From: Gammaproteobacteria bacterium
Lineage (GTDB): Bacteria; Pseudomonadota; Gammaproteobacteria; SZUA-229
Direction of reading: 5' to 3'
DNA length: 64,000 nucleotides
Assembly: GCA_026195895.1 (NCBI GenBank)
Contig: JAPHRO010000030.1
Location: forward strand, 23,910-87,909
Made by a program: the position numbers and the translations under genes. Position 1 is the stretch's first letter, and every line of letters starts with the position of its first letter. The notes beneath the pieces are model-generated. The model was not told the DNA's origin. It worked only from the letters and a program-made list of their open reading frames with translations, and searched no databases. Shown here in pieces: positions 57,207-64,000 of the stretch.

Positions 57207-58487
57207 TTGACTACTATGCGTTTTTTACTGTTACTGATGAGTTTCTGGCTGGCTGCGGCTCAGGCTGCGACCCAGGAATCTGCAGATGAATTATCGATAG
57301 CGGTTGATGATCAGGAATTAAATGTAACTCGGTTTGGCGCCACAGGTGCTCGGCTGGTAATCTGGATTATGCCCGGCTTCGGCGAGCCGGATCGAATGAT
57401 TACCAGCGCACAGCAACTGGCGCAGGCCGGGGTCGAAGTCTGGATGGTCGATCTGGCAGAAAGTTTATACCTGCCCAGAGGGCCATCAACCATGCGTAGT
57501 ATTGATGGTCGCTATGTTGCTGCGTTGATCGAAGCCGCCCACAAACAAACGGGCAAAACCATTGCGTTGATCGGCCGCAGTTATTCCGCTATTCCTGTGC
57601 TACGTGGTGTGCGTGACTGGCAGCAGAGTCAGCAACGGGCGGGAGCAACTAAGGCCTATGTATCAGGTGTGCTGCTGTTTTCGCCTGAATTGTACGCAAC
57701 CATACCGGCGCTGGGCCTGGATCCGATATTTGAACCCATTGCTCAGGCGACCAATGTTCCGATCATGTTATTCCAGGCAGGTAAACGCGGTAATCGCTGG
57801 CAACTGGATAATTTATTATCCCGCTTGCGTTCAGGTGGTGCCCAGGTGTTTGTGAAAATCATGCCTGGTGTGACCGGATTGTATTATCACGAAGACAGTG
57901 CGCCGGAAACACTGGCCATGCTGCAGCAGATGCCTAATCAGATAATTAACAGTCTGCGCCTGCTGGAAAATATACCCACGCCGCTGGTTGCTTTGCCCTT
58001 GCCGAAGCAGGCCAAAGCAAAAGGCCGCGGGCTGGATAATGCATTAAAACCTTTCCAGGGTAATCCAGAGCCGCCGCCGATTGCGTTAATCAATGCCCAG
58101 GGTAAAAAGCTAATCCGTAAAGATTATCGCGGCAAGGTTACGGTGATGAATTTCTGGGCTAGCTGGTGTCGGCCCTGTGTTGAGGAAATCCCTTCGTTAA
58201 ATAATTTGCGTAAAGCAATGGCCGGTCGGCCGTTCGAATTAATTTCGGTAAACTATGCAGAAGATACCGAACAAATCACCGACTTTCTAAAAATGGTAAA
58301 AGTTGAATTTCCTGTACTACTGGATACCGATGGCTCCGAATCAGCAAAATGGAATGTACTGGTATTTCCTTCTACCTTTGTCATTGGTCCCGATGGGCGT
58401 ATAGTTTACGGATTAAACGGCGCGATTCACTGGGATAGTCCCGAAATCGTCACACAATTAAAAGCGTTGTTGCCGAAATCAAAATAA
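57207..58487 (+). CDS. Fusion protein: secreted alpha/beta-fold-like domain + TlpA/DsbE thioredoxin domain
   Basis: 426 aa; signal peptide; N-domain paralogous to 55364..56119; C-domain NFWASWCRPCVEEIPSLN…SVNY…FPVLLD…FPSTFVIGPDGRI… (classical CcmG/DsbE-like WCxxC). Confidence 0.7.
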   Translation: MTTMRFLLLLMSFWLAAAQAATQESADELSIAVDDQELNVTRFGATGARLVIWIMPGFGEPDRMITSAQQLAQAGVEVWMVDLAESLYLPRGPSTMRSIDGRYVAALIEAAHKQTGKTIALIGRSYSAIPVLRGVRDWQQSQQRAGATKAYVSGVLLFSPELYATIPALGLDPIFEPIAQATNVPIMLFQAGKRGNRWQLDNLLSRLRSGGAQVFVKIMPGVTGLYYHEDSAPETLAMLQQMPNQIINSLRLLENIPTPLVALPLPKQAKAKGRGLDNALKPFQGNPEPPPIALINAQGKKLIRKDYRGKVTVMNFWASWCRPCVEEIPSLNNLRKAMAGRPFELISVNYAEDTEQITDFLKMVKVEFPVLLDTDGSESAKWNVLVFPSTFVIGPDGRIVYGLNGAIHWDSPEIVTQLKALLPKSK

Positions 58488-58514
58488 CGCCGGCTTGCTG
58501 AAGGAGGGATTGTC

Positions 58515-58826
58515 ATGCAACAGGCGAAATTTCAGATTGGTCAGATCATCGAACATAAACTGTTTGGCTATCGTGGTGTGATCTTCGAAGTTGATCCGGT
58601 GTTTTCCCTGAGTGATGAATGGTATGAACAGGTCGCCAGATCCCGGCCGCCGAAAGACGCGCCATGGTACCAGGTGCTGGTCGATAAGGAATTACACACT
58701 ACTTACGTTGCAGAACAAAACCTGATCAGCACAGAAGAATTAACTGCTATTCATCATCCGGCGCTTAAAAGTTATTTCAGTGATTTCAAAGATGGTGTTT
58801 ATGTCACTCGTCAGCTTAGTATGTAG
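58515..58826 (+). CDS. hspQ: Heat-shock protein HspQ (hemimethylated-DNA-binding YccV-like domain)
   Basis: 103 aa; KFQIGQIIEHKLFGYRGVI..VD… YccV-like signature. Confidence 0.8.
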   Translation: MQQAKFQIGQIIEHKLFGYRGVIFEVDPVFSLSDEWYEQVARSRPPKDAPWYQVLVDKELHTTYVAEQNLISTEELTAIHHPALKSYFSDFKDGVYVTRQLSM

Positions 58827-59073
58827 GCTGGTTTATTCATTATAAAAATCTTGTGCTAGCATGCGGATTCAATATAAAAATGGAACAGACTCAGGGAAAT
58901 AAGATTAGTCATTCAAACAGGGAAACAATCGACCTCAAAGCTGGTTTCACTCTATGGTAGTTCTGTCATACAATCAAATGACCGAAGCAGCAATAACTAT
59001 GCTACTCAATTCGACCATCAGGTATTTTTCTGAATGATTGTAAGTAATTTAGCCAATCACATTGGGGAAGATA

Positions 59074-60792
59074 ATGGTGACAAAAGATCAACTTCAGAAA
59101 AAAATTACCCCATTAGACGGCATGGATTACGGGGCCTATCAATCTTTGATTGGAACTTATGATTTTGATCGGTTTTCATTAATTATCGAGCAGATCCCAA
59201 AAGATCCTTACGCTCCTCCCCATACTGGAATTTATCGGATTCAATTTCCCCTGACTGATACGGCAATTGAAGCTGATATGATCGATTCAGGAATTGAGAA
59301 AATTGCCTGTCGTGATTTTTATGCCCGTCAATTTTTTTATAATAGTACTAAAATCGCAGGTCAAAGGCGGGGACCTGGTTATAGCGGTATCATAACTATC
59401 AATGAACCGGGGCAGACAATCCTGGAGAGAAGCTCGGTTGTCATTAATGAAAATAGTCTGGAAATCCGTTGCTTTGTTGGACTTCCAGCATCCAAAAGAA
59501 ATATCAAAGCCAGGCTGGCCGTTAAAATGTTGCTTGAAGAGCTACCGGAAATTGTCAGTTTGTCATTGCATCGGGGTCATACGGATAGTGATGATTTACT
59601 GTCTCACATACATACTGCCGTAGATGCAGAGTTTTTGCGGCAAAAACTGCCTGATATGGGCCTGGTGGCTTTTATAGCCGACGGTGCCATCCTGCCCAGG
59701 GAAAGCGGCATCAGTGACTGCACCATGAACAAAGACTCGGTCATACCATTTGAAACCCCTGAAAGTCTGAAAACTGAAATTGATCTGCCTTATGCTGGAA
59801 AAATAACCGGTATGGGAATCCCGCAAGGCATCACTCTGCTTGCCGGTGGTGGCTATCATGGTAAATCGACCCTGCTGCAGGCAATCGAGATGGGTGTGTA
59901 TAACCATATAGCCAGTGATGGTAGAGAACAGTGTGTATCGTTAACAGAGACTGTGAAAGTCAGATCCTATAGCGGCAGACATGTGGTTAAGACAGATATT
60001 TCCCCCTTTATCAGGAATCTCCCGTTTCGCGAAGATACCAGTGCTTTTTCAACCGAAAATGCCAGTGGCAGTACCTCCCAGGCGGCAAATATTATTGAGG
60101 CCATGGAGGTGGGTGCAAAAGTAATTCTGATGGATGAGGATACCTGTGCCACTAATTTTATGATTCGTGACATGTATATGCAGAAGCTGGTAAAAAAATC
60201 AGATGAACCGATTACTTCATATATAGATAAAGTTCGTCAGCTATATCTTGAAAAAAAGATATCGACAATTCTCGCATTGGGTGGAGTGGGAGATTATTTT
60301 GAAGTGGCAGATCATGTCATCCAGATGATTAAATATCATCCGCAAGATGTTTCTGCACAGGCAAAGGATATCATTCACAACTATCCAACAAAAAGAGTAA
60401 AAGAGGATATTGAATACCCCATTCAACCCAAAGCACGTATTCCAGTCGCTGAAAGTGTTGACCCGATGAGTGAGTATGGAAAATGGCGTCTTTATACGAC
60501 GGAGGTTAATACCCTGCATTTCGGCCAAAATAAAATCGATCTAACTGATCTTGAGCAGTTGATTGAGCTGTCACAGACAAAGGCGATTGGTTTTTCTATG
60601 CTTTATGCCAGGCAGTATATGGATGGGAAAAGAACTCTGAAGCAAGTCATTGATTTAGTTATGGCTGATCTTGAGGAAAATGGACTCGATATTCTCAATG
60701 AAAAGATTTCCGGACATTTTGCGCAGTTCCGCTCTTTTGAACTGGCATTTTCTTTGAACCGAATGCGCTCTTTTAACGTTAACCAGATATAG
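59074..60792 (+). CDS. ABC-class ATPase domain protein (PF09818-like 'predicted ATPase of the ABC class')
   Basis: ~572 aa; P-loop GGGYHGKSTLLQAIEMG in the middle of the protein; Walker B-like ILMDEDTCATNF; overall size and layout of the ABC_ATPase family; no transporter partner adjacent. Confidence 0.65.
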   Translation: MVTKDQLQKKITPLDGMDYGAYQSLIGTYDFDRFSLIIEQIPKDPYAPPHTGIYRIQFPLTDTAIEADMIDSGIEKIACRDFYARQFFYNSTKIAGQRRGPGYSGIITINEPGQTILERSSVVINENSLEIRCFVGLPASKRNIKARLAVKMLLEELPEIVSLSLHRGHTDSDDLLSHIHTAVDAEFLRQKLPDMGLVAFIADGAILPRESGISDCTMNKDSVIPFETPESLKTEIDLPYAGKITGMGIPQGITLLAGGGYHGKSTLLQAIEMGVYNHIASDGREQCVSLTETVKVRSYSGRHVVKTDISPFIRNLPFREDTSAFSTENASGSTSQAANIIEAMEVGAKVILMDEDTCATNFMIRDMYMQKLVKKSDEPITSYIDKVRQLYLEKKISTILALGGVGDYFEVADHVIQMIKYHPQDVSAQAKDIIHNYPTKRVKEDIEYPIQPKARIPVAESVDPMSEYGKWRLYTTEVNTLHFGQNKIDLTDLEQLIELSQTKAIGFSMLYARQYMDGKRTLKQVIDLVMADLEENGLDILNEKISGHFAQFRSFELAFSLNRMRSFNVNQI

Positions 60793-61141
60793 TGTTTAAA
60801 TTACCCGGTAGACATTCGTTTCTCACTACGCAACATTTTTCCGGCAATTGATGTGTTACTAAAGGTTTAGTTCTGGCCTTAATCGAAACTGAATTTTAAA
60901 ATATTCAAGTTCAGACAAAGGGGGAAGAAGGAAAAACCGGGTCAGAGTGAGCCGCCCCCAATAAATCGGACACTCAAAAACAGGAGTAATTGTGAAGTAC
61001 AGACCAGGGATTTCTAAATTATATTCCGAAGCATCAATCAGGAGTAAATTTAATAGTCGAATTATTGCTGAAACATTGTTATTAATAGCATTGCCCTGAA
61101 TATTTTCTGGGCGTTGACACAAATAATGGAGGTAAGTTGTC

Positions 61142-61726
61142 ATGGCTATTCCCTGGGCATTAAAACCAAGCAGCAAAAATGTAGTCGCCGATTATCATCA
61201 GTGGGTTAAAACCCATTACAAACTACACAACCGCAATCCATGTTTATGTAACTGGTTTCCATTGCGCATCCTGGTTGAATTTGCTGCTGAACATGGTGTA
61301 CGTCTGAAATTAATTTACTGGCCAGGCTCTGCTTCAACCACAGGCGGTCGCAGAGCATGGAATACTAAAAAAGAATTAGTCCATGATTCCCACGGCGGAA
61401 AATTCAATTCTAAAATAGCCTATCGACGAAAAGTAGAAAGCACAGTAACCGCGCGTATGATTGGTACGCTGAATACGTCAGCTATTTTGAAGGCTGAAGC
61501 CCGTGTGGGCGATTTGTTGTTACGAGATCTTACAGCCAGTTTTTGGCATATTGAATTAATCACCGATATAACGGGTAATGTGATTACTACCGAGGCGGGT
61601 AGTACGCCAGCGGTGGTGCCGAAGAACCATAAAGAGGTTTACGGGGACACGCTGACTGATGGTCGAAAACTTTACGAAAATAAACCCAGACGATGGGATT
61701 TTACCAGTATATGCAGTGGTGCGTGA
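61142..61726 (+). CDS. Hypothetical protein; candidate T6SS-associated Cys/His (papain-like) effector
   Basis: 194 aa; no signal peptide; N-terminal Cys pair (NPCLCNW), distal His/Asp (FWHIELITD); one gene away from tagH. Good SD (GGAGG) upstream. Confidence 0.35.
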   Translation: MAIPWALKPSSKNVVADYHQWVKTHYKLHNRNPCLCNWFPLRILVEFAAEHGVRLKLIYWPGSASTTGGRRAWNTKKELVHDSHGGKFNSKIAYRRKVESTVTARMIGTLNTSAILKAEARVGDLLLRDLTASFWHIELITDITGNVITTEAGSTPAVVPKNHKEVYGDTLTDGRKLYENKPRRWDFTSICSGA

Positions 61727-62107
61727 AGCCTGACAACTTTGGACCGATGGTGTTCCTGTTGATAATGCCGGACTGGTTGTCGGTGCGGGGCATGTTGTTG
61801 TTCTGGTCGGTATTCGAGCAAGTGCGACAGCGGACGAAACTTTTGATCTTAAAATTTATGATCACTGGCCACCGAATGTGGGTAACATGAGCTGGCGTCC
61901 GGGGAGTCACCTGTCAGCAATTGTTTCAGGTGTTGCCGGTAATCCAGATCGAAACATCTGTTTTCTGGTGAAAAGCTGATATTTGTCAGACGCGGTACTC
62001 GGTGTATTAATATTTAGCGGGCCTTGCGCGCCTGTTTTATCTAAACATGCCAAAAGCGTTGATAAAATACAAGGGTGCTTGTTTTTGGCTAATGCGTTAT
62101 TTTGATT

Positions 62108-63592
62108 TTATTTTGTGCTGTTTTTTGCCGCTTTCAGCTTGGCTACCTGTTGTTCATAGGCACGGCTAAACTCATCACCAAACAGGGTATGAAAATCATC
62201 TTCGACACTGGCAATGATTGCTTTGTAATGGGTGTTGAAGGCTTCCCAGTATTTCGCTTTTTTGCCACCTAGTGAAAAATCTTCGAGTGAAAAACTTTTT
62301 CCTTTTTCCCGCTGTTCGAAGTCCTGTTCCAGTATGATGGGATCGAACCGTTTCAAAACGGTGTGTAGCGCAGTTTGCATGCCGGCCATGACTGCAATCA
62401 TATGGGCTTCCAGGTCGTTAAAGCCTTCATCAACGGCCTGGATAGCAGGCATATAGCTTGATGATCCTGTAGAGAACATGTGATTAAGGGCATCCATTCC
62501 TGTAGGAGAAAACTTGATTGGATTGTTTTCCCGAGCCTGGATGGTTGTTAAGGACATGCGGAATTCGCTTTTAATACTGGCGCGCGCGCGCAGTACCGCG
62601 ACCAGTCCTTCTACTGATGCGCGTACCAGTTGTCCGGCCTGAAGGGCCAGGGCCGCTTCTTCTTCTGGTGTTAGAGAAAGATGTTCCAGCCCCATGCCCT
62701 TAAGCAAATTTTCCATTGCCCTGGTATTGCTACTCGTCAGTACTGATGCGGGTGTAGTTGATCGTGCCGACGGTGCGGGTCTGGCTGATGCCTTGTCGGG
62801 CGTTTCTACCTCTGCTGGTGGTGGAGTTTGACTGGGTGCACCGTACTGCCAGTTATTCGGGATAATAGGGCTGGCGCCATTCTCCGGCGGAGATTGTGGG
62901 GCCGGCGGGCTGACAGGCGGGGGCTCGAACTGTTGCTGCAATGGTGAGGCGTTATCGCCGCCGGTACTCGACAGAATATGTTGGTCATCCCCCGGTGTCG
63001 GTGTATCGAAAGGCGATGATGGGTTTAATTCACCAAGACCAAGATCATCGATGCTGCCAGGATCACTGGTTTTTTTTGGGGTGGTGGAATGGGCTGAGCC
63101 ATTCAACACCGCAAGTGGATCAAGCAGTTTTTCTCCGCCTACGTGAAAGGATGATGTTTCATTCAGGTGGCCAAGATCATCTGTTGATACGGGGTCGTCT
63201 GGCAAAGTTGAGCTGCCGTTGGGATTGCCTGCATGTTCAAATGGGGAGCTATCTGGATTGCCTAATGGCAGTGATGCGTCTGCCTGGATAGTAACAGAGA
63301 TATCGTAGGGTCCTATCCGTATACTATCGCCATGGCTAAGTTTAATTTGGTTGCCTTTACCTAATGCTTCAGTTGCATCATTAATAAATACACCATTGGT
63401 ACTGAGATCAGTCAGGAAATAGTCGCCATTGCTACTACTAATCTGGGCGTGTTTGCCTGAGGCGAGTCGCTCTGGGTCGACAAGTACCCAGGTATTTTCA
63501 GATGAACGACCAATCGTTCCTTCTGTATGAAAGGCTGCGCTAATCTCCTGACCTGGGTTAGGTTTATTTAAGATCGTTAGTATTAAGCTCAT
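62108..63592 (-). CDS. tagH: Type VI secretion system-associated FHA-domain protein TagH
   Basis: 494 aa; N-terminal FHA (…IGRSSENTWVLVD…ISSSNGDYFLTDLSTNGVFIN…); long Pro-rich linker; conserved TagH-type C-terminal domain (…LGGKKAKYWEAFNTHYKAI…FGDEFSRAYEQQ…). Confidence 0.65.
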   Translation of the reverse strand: MSLILTILNKPNPGQEISAAFHTEGTIGRSSENTWVLVDPERLASGKHAQISSSNGDYFLTDLSTNGVFINDATEALGKGNQIKLSHGDSIRIGPYDISVTIQADASLPLGNPDSSPFEHAGNPNGSSTLPDDPVSTDDLGHLNETSSFHVGGEKLLDPLAVLNGSAHSTTPKKTSDPGSIDDLGLGELNPSSPFDTPTPGDDQHILSSTGGDNASPLQQQFEPPPVSPPAPQSPPENGASPIIPNNWQYGAPSQTPPPAEVETPDKASARPAPSARSTTPASVLTSSNTRAMENLLKGMGLEHLSLTPEEEAALALQAGQLVRASVEGLVAVLRARASIKSEFRMSLTTIQARENNPIKFSPTGMDALNHMFSTGSSSYMPAIQAVDEGFNDLEAHMIAVMAGMQTALHTVLKRFDPIILEQDFEQREKGKSFSLEDFSLGGKKAKYWEAFNTHYKAIIASVEDDFHTLFGDEFSRAYEQQVAKLKAAKNSTK

Positions 63593-63982
63593 TTAAGCGG
63601 GCCTTAATCTATTCCGTCAGTAGATTTCACTGTGTGCTGTATGCCTGTTCTGAATGTATCAAACTAATACCCATCGATGATTTTGCTACTATACATCTGC
63701 TATGGAGTGGCGATATTAATATATCTTATGTTTATGATTATGGAGCGAAGTTCAGGTGTTGTCCAATACGTCGGATTAGCCTCATTGCAATAGCGGGGAT
63801 AGTTGAATTATGGTGGCAAAGTATGAAAATTGGGTGGTCGGGCAATACGCATCTCCGGCTGCTGTCGATTTGAAAGAAGTGGTTGATTTGTATAGAACCT
63901 CAGGATTCCAGAAGCCATGTTTCACATTGATATATGTGCCAGTTTTGAAGTGCGTATAGAAATTGCCAGGAGACGGCCAGAA

Positions 63983-64000
63983 ATGGCGGAAAGTGTGGAA
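63983..64000 (+). CDS. Start of a divergent ORF (MAESVE…), possibly T6SS sheath subunit tssB; truncated by the window end
   Basis: ATG with a strong SD (AGGAGA-n9-ATG) 390 bp from the tagH start on the opposite strand. Only 6 codons are visible. Confidence 0.2.

Noticed and set aside
61101-61141. TTGACA hexamer just upstream of the 61142 gene as its -35
   Set aside because: It lies only ~20 bp from the start codon and overlaps the SD (GGAGG), so it cannot serve as a -35 for this gene. Probably coincidental.
1-64000. CRISPR arrays, tRNA/rRNA genes, transposases, integrases, reverse transcriptases
   Set aside because: I scanned intergenic regions for regularly spaced direct repeats, tRNA-like GTTCGAATC/T-loop sequences and IS terminal inverted repeats and found none. 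No ORF shows DDE, tyrosine-recombinase or RT motifs.

Overview
This 64 kb window looks like a chromosomal segment of a gammaproteobacterium with moderately low GC. It is gene-dense and mostly housekeeping, with several accessory patches. It contains no rRNA, tRNA, CRISPR array, transposase or integrase.

Recognisable blocks, in order:
- hemL 5' part running off the window start, and tag (3-methyladenine glycosylase I)
- a Znu-like metal-uptake locus: a His-rich outer-membrane barrel, a TroA-type binding protein and a permease, with no ATPase nearby
- thiD-thiE with a class II aldolase
- yjbQ, a CbbY-like HAD hydrolase and a glycerol-phosphate cluster (FGGY kinase, GDPD, FAD dehydrogenase)
- an ABC exporter, thioredoxin, and adk, followed by mrdA-rodA-mltB-rlpA-dacA-(class IV aminotransferase)-ybeD-lipB-lipA in a Pseudomonas-like order
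- a GGDEF protein, a MarR/GST/PNPOx stress cluster, and DUF1015
- a MerR-led three-gene operon of unknown function
- a U32 peptidase divergent from a Cys-rich DUF318 permease
- a YeeE/YedE sulfur transporter
- a complete MoxR-DUF58-DUF4381-BatA-BatB/C-BatD operon
- cobU-cobT-cobC, a dihaem cytochrome c4, and a periplasmic thiol-redox island
- hspQ, an ABC-class ATPase protein, and the edge of a type VI secretion cluster (TagH, a possible tssB start at the window end)

The observations most worth a second look:
- adk is fused in frame to a ~230-residue Pro/Ala-rich, histone-H1-like, coiled-coil tail. It sits next to a 3' remnant of ppa, the inorganic pyrophosphatase gene.
- A secreted alpha/beta-like domain plus TlpA/DsbE thioredoxin module occurs twice in tandem, once as two genes and once fused. 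It lies beside cytochrome c4 and one of two paralogous small 4-Cys secreted proteins; the second paralogue is 15 kb away next to the DUF318 permease.
- A zinc-ribbon protein carries five 33-nt/11-aa QFGxGV repeats.
- A small protein / MerR / 265-aa unknown operon has direct repeats in its promoter.
- A 320-bp intergenic region carries two DnaA-box 9-mers and a perfect 10-bp inverted repeat, flanked by uncharacterised genes.
- A candidate Cys/His effector-like ORF and a start-less reading frame sit beside tagH.
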